Sequence record: DRR378314_1897 | Length of the DNA stretch: 36,465 nt | Direction: 5' to 3' (one strand) | Part shown: positions 19,626-28,979 of the stretch, one piece after another | Layout: each line of letters starts with the position of its first letter | Position numbering within the stretch: the first letter of the stretch is position 1 | The notes under the pieces: generated by a model | Told to the model about the DNA's origin: nothing | The model's database searches: none | What the model saw: the letters and a program-made list of their open reading frames with translations, nothing else | Translations under genes and position numbers: made by a program

Positions 19626-20846
19626 ATGATGTTGAAGAAACTAGTACTTGCGGGTGCAATTAGCCTGATGGGGACAACTGCATTTGCAGCCTGTTCCTAT
19701 GAGAATACCACTGAAATCAAAATGCTGTCTGCTGGATTTGAGGCATGGAAAGCGGTTGCGGATGCCATGGCGGAATGCGGGAATTTCCAAGCTGAGCTGG
19801 ATCAGGAATTCCGCACCAAACAGCCCTCAGCCTTTGAGGCGAACCCGGCGCTCTATCATCTTGGTGGGGTGTCAAACGGTACAGTGACGCCCTTGCTGAA
19901 CGCTGAAACCATCCGTCCGCTGGACGATCTGGTTGCCAAATACGGGCAAAACCTGTCTCCAAACCAATTGATCCGCATCGATGGCAAGATCATGGCCGTG
20001 GCTATGATGGTCAACACACAGCACCTGATGTACCGCGAAGACATCCTGTCCGATCTGGGGATCGAAACACCGACATCATGGGATGAAATCTACGCAGCAG
20101 CCGCCAAGATCAAAGAGGCGGGCGTTGTGGACCATCCTTTGGGTGCTACCATGAAGTCGGGTTGGAATTTGGCGCAGGAATTTGTGAACATGTATCCCGG
20201 TTTCGGGGGCGCGTTGTTCAACGATGACAACACCACTGCGGTGAATTCCGAGGCGGGACTGAAAGCGCTGGAGACCATGAAAGCGGGGATGACCTTTATG
20301 GATCCCGAAGTTCTGGTCAGCGATTCAACCTATGTTCAGCAGCAGTTCCAGCAGGGCAAGATTGCCATGGCGAACCTCTGGGCCTCTCGTGCGGCAGCGA
20401 TGAACGACGAAGCCGAAAGCCAGGTTGTGGGTAAGGTCAAGATGGCCGGTGCCCCTACCGCGATGGAAGGTGGTGCCCCGGCTACGACCTTGTGGTGGGA
20501 TGGCATCGTAGTTGCCGCCAATATCACGGACGAGGAAGCAGACGCCGCGTTCAAACTGGCGATGGAAGGCATGGACACCGAGATGGTTCAGGCCAACAAC
20601 GATGCGGCGATCTGGTTGATCGACGGGTTCACGCCGGGTCCCTTGTCTGAGGGCGCAATTGCCACGGCCACGGCCAATCCGGCACCTCCGGCCTATCCGT
20701 CCACCACGCAGATGGGTCTTTTGCACACTGCACTTGGCAACGAAATCCCGGCCTTCCTGACCGGCGAGCGCGACGCCGCTGCAACGCTTGTTGCGATTGA
20801 CGAGGCCTATACCACCGCCGCCAAAGAAGCTGGTGTGCTGAAGTAA
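19626..20846 (+). CDS. ABC transporter extracellular solute-binding protein (CUT1 family)
   Basis: Signal peptide MMLKKLVLAGAISLMGTTAFA after GGGAG; IRPLDDLV, LMYREDIL..LGIETPTSWDE, FQQGKIAM. Confidence 0.9.
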   Translation: MMLKKLVLAGAISLMGTTAFAACSYENTTEIKMLSAGFEAWKAVADAMAECGNFQAELDQEFRTKQPSAFEANPALYHLGGVSNGTVTPLLNAETIRPLDDLVAKYGQNLSPNQLIRIDGKIMAVAMMVNTQHLMYREDILSDLGIETPTSWDEIYAAAAKIKEAGVVDHPLGATMKSGWNLAQEFVNMYPGFGGALFNDDNTTAVNSEAGLKALETMKAGMTFMDPEVLVSDSTYVQQQFQQGKIAMANLWASRAAAMNDEAESQVVGKVKMAGAPTAMEGGAPATTLWWDGIVVAANITDEEADAAFKLAMEGMDTEMVQANNDAAIWLIDGFTPGPLSEGAIATATANPAPPAYPSTTQMGLLHTALGNEIPAFLTGERDAAATLVAIDEAYTTAAKEAGVLK

Positions 20847-20852
20847 GCTTTA

Positions 20853-20880
20853 GGGCAGGTCGGCCTGTTCCGACCTGCCC
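20853..20880 (+). terminator. Stem-loop after SBP gene (mRNA stabiliser / partial terminator)
   Basis: gggcaggtcgg-cctgtt-ccgacctgccc perfect 11-bp stem, weak T tail; common position in ABC operons. Confidence 0.7.
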
Positions 20881-20965
20881 ATTCTTGCGGTGCTGGGTTT
20901 CGCCGCAGGCATTCAGATGCCTGCTGCCAAGCTCATCCAAAACATGAAGATAGAAAGGGAAGTCC

Positions 20966-21991
20966 ATGAAATTCAAAACGTTCTTTGCCTTCGTGGCACC
21001 GTCTGTCTTTATGATGACCTTGTTCATTGCTTTGCCATTGGTGTCGGTTTTCATCCAATCCTTCCAGATCACCCAGCCGGTGATGCAACAGTTGGAGGTG
21101 GAAACCTGTACGCCCGGATTTATCACTCAGACCTGTGTGACCGAGCTGAAAACCGTGCCGATCATTGGTGATGATGGAAAAATACAGACCACCACCCAAT
21201 GGGTCGGTCTGCAAAGCTATCGCAATGTGTTGCAGATGGATAAGGTCTGGGAAGCGCTGTCATCCGGCCGCCTGGGTGACATTCTGCAAATCGATTTCTG
21301 GAAGGCGCTGCGGTTTACCCTGATGTTTACACTGCTCACGCTGCCGCTGGTGATCGGCGTTGGGTTGTTGATCGCGCTGACGGTGAACAATGCGGCCAGA
21401 GCCTTTCGCGGCCCGGTGATTTTCGTGTCTCTGCTGCCCTTCATTGTGACGCCGGTGATCGGGGCGCTGTCAATCTACTGGCTGTTTGTCGGCGACGGCA
21501 TTCTGACCGCGATGATGGAACGATGGAGCGGCACCAACATCTCGATGTTTGCGCAAGCCTGGACAATCGAGTTGCTGATGTATTTCTACCGGGTCTGGCA
21601 TGTCGCACCCTTTGCCTTTGTGATCTTCTATGCGGGGCTGCAAACGGTGAATATGGACACGCTGGAATCGGCGGTGATCGACGGGGCTTCCCGCTGGGAA
21701 CGGCTGCGCCATGTGATCATTCCGCATTTGATGCCCTTGATCGTTTTTATCGCGCTGATCCACCTGATGGATTGCTACCGGGTCTTTGACGAGATCATCG
21801 GCTTCCGCTCTCAGGCCCATGTGATTTCACTGCAATGGCTGACAGTTGATTTCCTGACACCAGATGATGCGGGCAACCGGGCAATTGCACGTGCCTCTGC
21901 CAGTGCCATGCTGACCATGATTGGGATTGTCTTTCTGCTGATCCTGCCACTGCGCCGCACATGGCGGGACCATAAAGGGGGCGCACACTGA
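20966..21991 (+). CDS. ABC transporter permease (MalF-type)
   Basis: WVGLQSY, FYAGLQTV....ESAVIDGASRWERLRHVIIPHL EAA loop. Confidence 0.92.
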   Translation: MKFKTFFAFVAPSVFMMTLFIALPLVSVFIQSFQITQPVMQQLEVETCTPGFITQTCVTELKTVPIIGDDGKIQTTTQWVGLQSYRNVLQMDKVWEALSSGRLGDILQIDFWKALRFTLMFTLLTLPLVIGVGLLIALTVNNAARAFRGPVIFVSLLPFIVTPVIGALSIYWLFVGDGILTAMMERWSGTNISMFAQAWTIELLMYFYRVWHVAPFAFVIFYAGLQTVNMDTLESAVIDGASRWERLRHVIIPHLMPLIVFIALIHLMDCYRVFDEIIGFRSQAHVISLQWLTVDFLTPDDAGNRAIARASASAMLTMIGIVFLLILPLRRTWRDHKGGAH

Positions 21992-23151
21992 TGAGCACCA
22001 CATCCAAAGCAATGCGCCAGTCCTTCGCCCTGCGCTTTTCGTCCAATGCCTTCCTTGTGTTCTGGTGCGTGATCGCCGCCTTCCCGATCCTGTGGATCGC
22101 TGTGATGAGCGTGAAATCTCCGGTCGATGCCTTTGCGCAAAACCCGATGGATGTGATCATGGGCCCCAACACGCTGGCGCGCGGTGACGGGCTGTCGATC
22201 CTTGATATCATCCTTGGCCTTGCGGTTTTGTATTTTGCCATCCGCTGGATGTTCACCCGGTTGCCCGCACTGGTCGCCCGCTACAGCCCTAGCGGCTGGA
22301 TTGTTCTGGGCTGGCTCATTGGCGCGGCGGTCTATGCGCTGGCGTTTCTGCTGGTGTTCTTTGGCCTGCTGCCGCTGATCCTTGCCCCCTTGAATACGGT
22401 GCTGGGCCCTTTGGGGGACCCTGTGCTTGGGCTGACAACACAGCATTATATTGCAGTCTGGGGCGAGAATGAGTTTTACCGCAACTTTCTGAACTCCATG
22501 CTGGTTACCGCCGGTGTCGTGACCATTTCCCTGACCGTGGGCACTTTGGCGGGGTATGGGCTGGCGCGGTCTGGTTCTGATCTGGCGTTCTGGCTGCTGA
22601 TCCTTGCACTGATTTTCCGGGCCCTGCCGCATTCGGTACTGGTCGCGGGGTATCTGCCTTGGTTCATCAATTCTGCGGAAATCCTGCGCCCGCTCTTCGG
22701 GGATCTCTCGCCAACACTCTATGGTCAGCCCTGGGCGGTGATTGCGGTGCTGGTGTCGATCAACCAGCCGTTTACCATCTGGATGCTGCGCTCGTTCTTT
22801 CAGAACATTCCCGCAGAGCTGGACGAGGCCGCACGGGTGGATGGCTGTTCACATTTTCAGGCCTTTCGCCGGGTGATCATGCCGGTGATGTGGCCAGGGG
22901 TCATCACAACGGGTCTGTTCAGCTTTCTGTTGGGGTACAACGATTACCTTGTGACGTCGTTGCTGCTGGATGCACAGAACCAAACGATGGTGCCCGCCAT
23001 CGCCGGTTACTTCAACCGCGAGACCACAACCACAGATCAGGTCGAAGCTGTGGCCGCAGCTGTGTCGATCACCGCGCCTCTGTTCCTGCTGGTCATGGTC
23101 TTCCAGCGCCAGATCGTCAGCGGCCTGACGGCAGGGGCGGTCAAAGGATGA
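21991..23151 (+). CDS. ABC transporter permease (MalG-type, with extra membrane insert)
   Basis: FLNSM, IPAELDEAARVDGCS.FQAFRRVIMP, QRQIVSGLTAGAVKG; 386 aa. Confidence 0.92.
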   Translation: MSTTSKAMRQSFALRFSSNAFLVFWCVIAAFPILWIAVMSVKSPVDAFAQNPMDVIMGPNTLARGDGLSILDIILGLAVLYFAIRWMFTRLPALVARYSPSGWIVLGWLIGAAVYALAFLLVFFGLLPLILAPLNTVLGPLGDPVLGLTTQHYIAVWGENEFYRNFLNSMLVTAGVVTISLTVGTLAGYGLARSGSDLAFWLLILALIFRALPHSVLVAGYLPWFINSAEILRPLFGDLSPTLYGQPWAVIAVLVSINQPFTIWMLRSFFQNIPAELDEAARVDGCSHFQAFRRVIMPVMWPGVITTGLFSFLLGYNDYLVTSLLLDAQNQTMVPAIAGYFNRETTTTDQVEAVAAAVSITAPLFLLVMVFQRQIVSGLTAGAVKG

Positions 23152-23157
23152 GAGCTC

Positions 23158-23202
23158 TTCTTCATCTTGCCCCTAAATTCCGGGGGCCGGGGCTGGCCCC
23201 GG
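23158..23202 (+). repeat. Short intergenic repeat, copy A, with GC hairpin
   Basis: ttcttcatcttgcccctaaattccgg 23158-23183 followed by ccggggc-tg-gccccgg 23187-23202; core recurs at 25147, 34546, 34580. Confidence 0.8.
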
Positions 23203-23233
23203 TCCGTCGCTTACCACCAGAGAAAGGACTGAA

Positions 23234-23764
23234 ATGAAAGGTTCCCGCCCCGAACAAGCCGTGCTGACGCGCGACACGGATATGTCCAAAACCGCACAGA
23301 CCCGCGCAGTGATCGAGAGCATGGTCGATGGGTTGAACGACCATACCATCGACGGCATTGGCGCATTTTTCCATCAGGACTTCCGGTGGATGGGCAATAC
23401 CGGCTGTGGCACCAAGGCGGGATTAAAGGCGTTTCAGGATAATTGGCAACGCCCATTTCAGGCGGCGTTCTCCGATAAGGTCTGCGTCGATGAGGCACGG
23501 ATGTTCATGGGCGAATGGGCTGCGGCCTTTGGCCGGCAAGAGGCGACACATTCGGGTGAATTCATGGGGGTGGCCCCGACCGGCAAACGTATCGAGATCC
23601 GCTATATGGATTTCTGGAAGGTCAGCGATGGCAAGATCGAGGACAATTGGGTGATGGTCGATTTCCCCCATGTGCTGTCGCAACTGGGGGTCGACGTTTT
23701 TGCCGGCGAAGGCTGGGAAGCCTTTGATCGCGGCGAGAAAACGCCACCGCGTCCTGATAATTGA
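23234..23764 (+). CDS. SnoaL-like ester cyclase / NTF2-fold protein (single domain)
   Basis: ATHSGEFMGVAPTGKRIEIRYMDFWKVSDGKIEDNWVMVD signature; AAAGGA RBS. Confidence 0.88.
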   Translation: MKGSRPEQAVLTRDTDMSKTAQTRAVIESMVDGLNDHTIDGIGAFFHQDFRWMGNTGCGTKAGLKAFQDNWQRPFQAAFSDKVCVDEARMFMGEWAAAFGRQEATHSGEFMGVAPTGKRIEIRYMDFWKVSDGKIEDNWVMVDFPHVLSQLGVDVFAGEGWEAFDRGEKTPPRPDN

Positions 23765-23776
23765 GAGTGTAAAGAA

Positions 23777-25105
23777 ATGGCGATAACCTATTTGAAACGC
23801 GGTAAGTCTGACGCGGAACGCAGCGATGATGATGCCAAGACAAGGGATGTTGTAGAGGCGACCCTGAAAGACATTGAGACCCGCGGAGATGCGGCGGTGC
23901 GCACCCTGTCCGAGAAGTTTGACAATTACTCACCGGTTTCCTTCAAACTGTCGCAGGATGAGATCGACGCTCTGATTGCGCGTGTGTCGCCGCAGGAGAT
24001 GAAAGATCTGAAGTTTGCACAGGAAAACGTGCGCCGCTTTGCACAGGCGCAGCGCGACCCCATGCTGGACATTGAAGTCGAGATGCAACCTGGCGTGATC
24101 CTTGGCCATAAGAATATCCCGGTGCAATCGGTGGGCTGTTATGTGCCGGGCGGCAAATTTCCGATGGTGGCCTCGGCCCATATGTCGGTGGCCACGGCCA
24201 GCGTTGCCGGTGTGCCGCGTATCATCGCCTGCACGCCCCCGTTTAACGGTGAACCCAATCCGGCGGTAATCGCAGCCATGCATCTGGGCGGGGCGCATGA
24301 GATCTATGTTATGGGTGGCATTCAGGCGGTCGGGGCCATGGCCATCGGAACCGAGACCATTGATCCGGTTCATCTGCTGGTGGGGCCCGGTAATGCTTTT
24401 GTTGCCGAAGCCAAGCGGCAATTGTTCGGCCGTGTCGGCATTGATCTGTTTGCCGGTCCAACCGAAACCATGGTGATTGCGGATGACACTGTTGATGCTG
24501 AGATCTGCGCCACGGACCTGTTGGGGCAAGCGGAACATGGCTACAACAGCCCTTGCGTCCTGCTGACCAATTCGGAAAAGCTGGCGAAAGAGACCCTCGC
24601 GGAAATCGACCGGTTGCTGGGGATTTTGCCAACCGCCGGCACAGCACGTGTGTCATGGGAGGAGTATGGCGAGGTGATTGTCTGTGACACCTATGAGGAG
24701 ATGCTGGCGGTTGCGGATGACATTGCTTCTGAACATGTGCAGGTGATGACGGATCGGGATGACTGGTTTCTGGAAAATATGACCTGCTATGGTGCGCTGT
24801 TTCTGGGTGCGCGGACGAATGTGGCCAATGGGGACAAGGTGATCGGGACAAACCACACGCTGCCCACCAAGAAGGCAGGCCGTTATACCGGGGGGCTATG
24901 GGTCGGAAAATACCTCAAGACCCATTCCTATCAGAAGATCACCACGGATGAGGCGGCGGCGGAAATCGGAGCTTACGGATCGCGGTTGTGCATGTTGGAG
25001 GGTTTTGTTGGTCATGCAGAGCAATGCAACGTCAGGGTGCGGCGCTATGGCGGCGTGAATGTCCCCTATGGAGAAGGCGCGCCTGTGCAAGAGGTGGCCG
25101 AGTAG
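23777..25105 (+). CDS. Histidinol dehydrogenase homolog (HisD/HpsN family), substrate unknown
   Basis: [64 protein letters not shown]; Zn and catalytic residues retained; GDK rather than HisD GDY. Confidence 0.9.
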   Translation: MAITYLKRGKSDAERSDDDAKTRDVVEATLKDIETRGDAAVRTLSEKFDNYSPVSFKLSQDEIDALIARVSPQEMKDLKFAQENVRRFAQAQRDPMLDIEVEMQPGVILGHKNIPVQSVGCYVPGGKFPMVASAHMSVATASVAGVPRIIACTPPFNGEPNPAVIAAMHLGGAHEIYVMGGIQAVGAMAIGTETIDPVHLLVGPGNAFVAEAKRQLFGRVGIDLFAGPTETMVIADDTVDAEICATDLLGQAEHGYNSPCVLLTNSEKLAKETLAEIDRLLGILPTAGTARVSWEEYGEVIVCDTYEEMLAVADDIASEHVQVMTDRDDWFLENMTCYGALFLGARTNVANGDKVIGTNHTLPTKKAGRYTGGLWVGKYLKTHSYQKITTDEAAAEIGAYGSRLCMLEGFVGHAEQCNVRVRRYGGVNVPYGEGAPVQEVAE

Positions 25106-25172
25106 ATCGCGATGCGATCTTTGAGAGGCGCTGCCTCTCAAACTCTCCGGAATTTAAGGGCAAGATGAAGAA
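25104..25172 (-). repeat. Short intergenic repeat, copy B (inverted), with two hairpins
   Basis: ccggaatttaagggcaagatgaagaa 25147-25172 is the reverse complement of copy A at 25/26; hairpins agatcgc-gat-gcgatct 25104-25120 and tttgagaggc-gct-gcctctcaaa 25120-25142. Confidence 0.8.
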
Positions 25173-26218
25173 TGGATAGACCGAGTGTTCATAAGGAGCT
25201 GATCGCCCCGTTGAGAGCGGCGATGTATGATTTTGATCTCGCTGATGTGCGGGAGGCGTTGCATGCGATTTGCGCACCGGATGTTGTGTTTCGGCTGGCA
25301 TTTCCGTTTGAAACCACCGTAGGTGTTGATGCCTTTGTCGATAAGGTCTTTGTTCCTTTGTTCAAGGCACTGCCTGATCTGGAACGGCGGGATCATATTG
25401 TGATGGCGGGTCCGACAACGGCGGGGGATGACTGGGTCGGCTGCGGCGGGTTTTATTGCGGCACATTCACGATGCCTTGGCTGGACATTCCGCCGACCGG
25501 TCATCTGCTCCATATGCGGTTTCACGATTTTTATCGCGTGTTGGACGGAAAAGTGGTCGAGATGCAGGCGCTTTGGGATATTCCCGAGGTGATGATGCAG
25601 GCCGGGGCCTGGCCGATGGTGCCATCATTGGGGCGTGAATGGCATGTGCCTGCACCGGCCAGCAATGACGGTATTGTTCCGGGGCCTTATGATGCGGCTC
25701 AGGGTGCCGCAACCTGCCAGCATGTGGTGGACATGTTGGAACATCTGAAACGGCATCCCGCCCAGGGCGGGCCGGAAGTGATGGAGATGGCGCGTTTTTG
25801 GCATCCGCGCATGACGTGGTACGGGCCGTCGGGGATCGGTACCGGGCGTGGTATTGCGGGTTTTCGCAATTGGCATCAAATCCCGTTTCTGGCCGGCATG
25901 CCGGACCGGGGACAATATATTGATGAGATAAATTATCACTTCTTTGGTGACCGCAACTTTGCCGCCGTGACCGGCTGGCCCGATATGTATCAAACACTCA
26001 CCCATGGCGGTTGGCTGGGCATAGCGCCAACAGGCAAGAAGATCGAAATGCGGTCACTGGATTTCTGGCGCCTTGAAAACGGGTTGATCCGTGAAAACTG
26101 GGTATTGGTTGATCTTCTTCACATGTACGATCAAATCGGTGTTGATGTGTTTGCGCGTATTCGTGAGTTCAACAAGGCCCGTGCAGGGTTTGACCCAGAA
26201 ACAGGAATTGCGTTGTGA
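25172..26218 (+). CDS. Tandem two-domain SnoaL-like ester cyclase protein
   Basis: Two copies of the signature: WLDIPPTGHLLHMRFHDFYRVLDGKVVE and WLGIAPTGKKIEMRSLDFWRLENGLIRENWVLVD. Confidence 0.88.
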   Translation: MDRPSVHKELIAPLRAAMYDFDLADVREALHAICAPDVVFRLAFPFETTVGVDAFVDKVFVPLFKALPDLERRDHIVMAGPTTAGDDWVGCGGFYCGTFTMPWLDIPPTGHLLHMRFHDFYRVLDGKVVEMQALWDIPEVMMQAGAWPMVPSLGREWHVPAPASNDGIVPGPYDAAQGAATCQHVVDMLEHLKRHPAQGGPEVMEMARFWHPRMTWYGPSGIGTGRGIAGFRNWHQIPFLAGMPDRGQYIDEINYHFFGDRNFAAVTGWPDMYQTLTHGGWLGIAPTGKKIEMRSLDFWRLENGLIRENWVLVDLLHMYDQIGVDVFARIREFNKARAGFDPETGIAL

Positions 26219-26982
26219 CCACCCTTCCAAGAACCCCGGCGTTTGATCTGACTGGCAAACGCGCTTTGGTCACCGGTGCCTCTTCGGGCATCGGGCTGGG
26301 CTGTGCTGTGGCCTTGGCAGAGGCGGGGGCCCATGTGGTTTGTGCCGCCCGGCGCGGTGATGTTTTGGCAGAGGTGAGCGAGGCGATGACAGCTGAAGGC
26401 TGGTCTTGTGAAGCTATGGCGTTAGACATTGCGGATCAGTCAGCCCTGAGTGCGGCCCTGAAAGCGCAGGGGGCTTTTGACGTGGTGGTGAATGCTGCTG
26501 GCATGGCGCGGCATGCGCCGGCGCTAGAAGCCACGCCTGAAGATTTTGATGCGGTGATGAATGTCAATGTGCGCGCGGCTTACTTCCTGTCGGCTGGCAC
26601 CGCGCAGATGATGATTGCTGCGGGAAAACCCGGGTCAATCATTCATATCTCAAGCCAGATGGGCCATGTGGGGGGCATCGACCGGACGGTCTATTGCACA
26701 TCGAAACATGCAGTGGAAGGGATGGTCAAGGCGATGGCGGTGGAGTGGGGCAAAGCGGGCATTCGGATCAATACGATCTGTCCGACTTTTGTGCGGACCG
26801 CCTTGACACAGCCGACGTTTGACAACCCGGAGCGTTTGGCCTGGATCATGGAAAAGATTAAACTGCCACGGGTGGCCGAAGTGGAAGACATCATGGGAGC
26901 GGCCTTGTTTCTGGCATCGGATGCATCGGCGATGGTGACAGGCACTGCAATGATGGTGGACGGGGGCTGGACAGCAGACTGA
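26215..26982 (+). CDS. Short-chain dehydrogenase/reductase (probably NADP-preferring)
   Basis: TGASSGIG, AARR after beta2, NAAG, ISS, YCTSK, VDGGW; GTGA overlap with upstream gene. Confidence 0.93.
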   Translation: MTTLPRTPAFDLTGKRALVTGASSGIGLGCAVALAEAGAHVVCAARRGDVLAEVSEAMTAEGWSCEAMALDIADQSALSAALKAQGAFDVVVNAAGMARHAPALEATPEDFDAVMNVNVRAAYFLSAGTAQMMIAAGKPGSIIHISSQMGHVGGIDRTVYCTSKHAVEGMVKAMAVEWGKAGIRINTICPTFVRTALTQPTFDNPERLAWIMEKIKLPRVAEVEDIMGAALFLASDASAMVTGTAMMVDGGWTAD

Positions 26983-27989
26983 TGGCGAAAGTGACTTCTA
27001 TTGATGTGGCAGCGCTGGCAGGGGTCAGCCGTTCGGCGGTGAGCCGGGTGTTTACGCCGGGGGCAAGCGTCAGCCCTGCCACAGCCTCAAAGGTGCGGGC
27101 GGCGGCGCGGGCGTTGGGCTATCGCCCCAATGTGCTGGCGCGCAGCCTGATCACCGGGCGCAGCCGGATAATCGGCCTGGTCGTCGCCTACCTTGAGAAC
27201 CAGTTTTACCCCGAAGCCATTGAACGCTTGTCCAAAAGCCTGCAAGAACAAGGGTATCACGTGCTGGTGTTTATGGCCTCCAACGATGGTGCTGCCACCC
27301 AGACGGTGATTGATGAGTTGCTGGATTATCAGGTGGACGGGATTGTGATCGCCTCGGTCGGGGTCTCCAATGACCTGACGCGGCGCTGTGAAGATGCGGG
27401 CATCCCGATTGTCCTGTTTAACCGGGACCAGTTCGATGACCGGCTGTCCAGTGTCACCTCTGACAATATGGCCGGCGGACGCAAACTGGCAGAGTTTCTG
27501 CTGGCGGGCGGGCACCGGCGCATCGGGCATATTGCCGGATGGGAAGGGGCCTCGACGCAGATAGACCGCGAGGCGGGCTTTAAATCGGGCTTGATGGCGG
27601 GCGGTGTCAAACTGGCCACGCGCACCATCGGAAATTTCGATTATGAGACTGCACAGGAAGCCACCCGTGCCATGTTTGACCGGGACGACCCGCCTGAAGC
27701 GGTGTTTGTGACCAATGATCATATGGCCTTTGCCGTGATGGATGTGCTGCGTTTCGAATTGGGGATTTCTGTGCCGCAGGAGGTCTCGGTGGTTGGCTAT
27801 GATGACGTGCAAATCGCGGCCTGGCCCAGCTATAACCTGACCACGGTACGCCAGCGCGCCAATGAAATGGTGACAAAAACCATCGAAGTCTTGATGACCC
27901 GGATTGAAGATGTCGATGCCCCTGCACAGCGCATCTGTATTGACGGGCCGTTGATCATTCGCGGCTCTGCCCGCACACCACAAGGATAG
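26982..27989 (+). CDS. LacI-family transcriptional regulator
   Basis: VTSIDVAALAGVSRSAVSRVF, LGYRPNVLARSL, SVVGYDD, LTTVRQ, LIIRGS. Confidence 0.95.
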   Translation: MAKVTSIDVAALAGVSRSAVSRVFTPGASVSPATASKVRAAARALGYRPNVLARSLITGRSRIIGLVVAYLENQFYPEAIERLSKSLQEQGYHVLVFMASNDGAATQTVIDELLDYQVDGIVIASVGVSNDLTRRCEDAGIPIVLFNRDQFDDRLSSVTSDNMAGGRKLAEFLLAGGHRRIGHIAGWEGASTQIDREAGFKSGLMAGGVKLATRTIGNFDYETAQEATRAMFDRDDPPEAVFVTNDHMAFAVMDVLRFELGISVPQEVSVVGYDDVQIAAWPSYNLTTVRQRANEMVTKTIEVLMTRIEDVDAPAQRICIDGPLIIRGSARTPQG

Positions 27990-27993
27990 CGAC

Positions 27994-28962
27994 ATGCAAG
28001 GGTTTGCCCCCAAATTCAAAGACTTCCCCGATTATATCATCGGCATCACCAAGGAAATCTGGGAGGATCGCGGCATTGCGACCCTGCATCAGTATTACTC
28101 TGACGATATCGTTGTGCGCTCGCCCGGCTCGGTGGTGAATGGCAATGAAAAGGTGATCGGCGCAACAATGGCGACATTGGCGGAATTTCCTGACCGTACC
28201 TTGCTGGGTGAAGATGTAATCTGGTCGGGCACCCCCGAAGAGGGCATGTTGTCTTCGCATCGTTTGTTGTCGACAGCGACCCATATGAATGACGGGATGT
28301 ATGGCGCGGCGACAGGGAAAAAGCTGGTTTACCGGATTCTGGCGGATTGCCATGCGATCAATAACCAGATCAACGATGAATGGCTGATCCGGGATCAGGG
28401 CGCAATTGTGCGCCAGATGGGCTGGGAGCCGAAACAATATGCCGCCGATCTGATTGAACGCGAGGGCGGGGCGGAAAACTGTGTGCAACCCTTGACGCCC
28501 GCGATTGACCAGCCGGGACCCTATAAGGGGCGCGGCAATGACAACGAGTGGGGGGCGAAATACGCGGACATCCTGACGGGGATTATGGGGGCTGATATGG
28601 CGCTGATCCCAACTGAATATGACCGTGCAGTAGTGACAGAGTATCCCGGTGGCATGACCGGGCATAGCCATGCCTCGGTGGATGGATTCTGGATGGGGTT
28701 GCGGGCATCCTTTCCCAATGCGAAGTTCCAGATTGATCACGTGATTGGCCGGGACGATCCCTTGATGCCGCCACGGGCAGCGGTACGCTGGTCCCTGACA
28801 GGTAAACATGACGGTTGGGGGGCGTTTGGCACACCGACGGGTAAGGATGTTTATGTGCTGGGGATCAGCCATGCTGAATTCGGCCCTTGGGGGCTGCGGC
28901 GTGAATATACGATTTATGATGAGGCGATGATCTGGAAACAGATTTTGCTTCAAACCGGGTAA
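27994..28962 (+). CDS. Tandem two-domain SnoaL/NTF2-fold protein
   Basis: ATHMNDGMYGAATGKKL...INDEWLIRD and GKHDGWGAFGTPTGKDV...REYTIYD. Confidence 0.85.
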   Translation: MQGFAPKFKDFPDYIIGITKEIWEDRGIATLHQYYSDDIVVRSPGSVVNGNEKVIGATMATLAEFPDRTLLGEDVIWSGTPEEGMLSSHRLLSTATHMNDGMYGAATGKKLVYRILADCHAINNQINDEWLIRDQGAIVRQMGWEPKQYAADLIEREGGAENCVQPLTPAIDQPGPYKGRGNDNEWGAKYADILTGIMGADMALIPTEYDRAVVTEYPGGMTGHSHASVDGFWMGLRASFPNAKFQIDHVIGRDDPLMPPRAAVRWSLTGKHDGWGAFGTPTGKDVYVLGISHAEFGPWGLRREYTIYDEAMIWKQILLQTG

Positions 28963-28979
28963 GCTCAGGGAATGCTGAA

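Noticed and set aside
19626-19700. Lipoprotein signal (FAAC) in the SBP
   Set aside because: Phe at -3 is a poor lipobox; AFA signal peptidase I site and a second nearby Cys suggest a disulfide instead.
23777-27989. Calling the genes hisD or hpsN/hpsO/hpsR (DHPS catabolism)
   Set aside because: Family resemblance only; substrate-side motifs differ, no hpsP-like gene in the cluster, no TRAP/MFS uptake or sulfolactate genes, and no his operon context.
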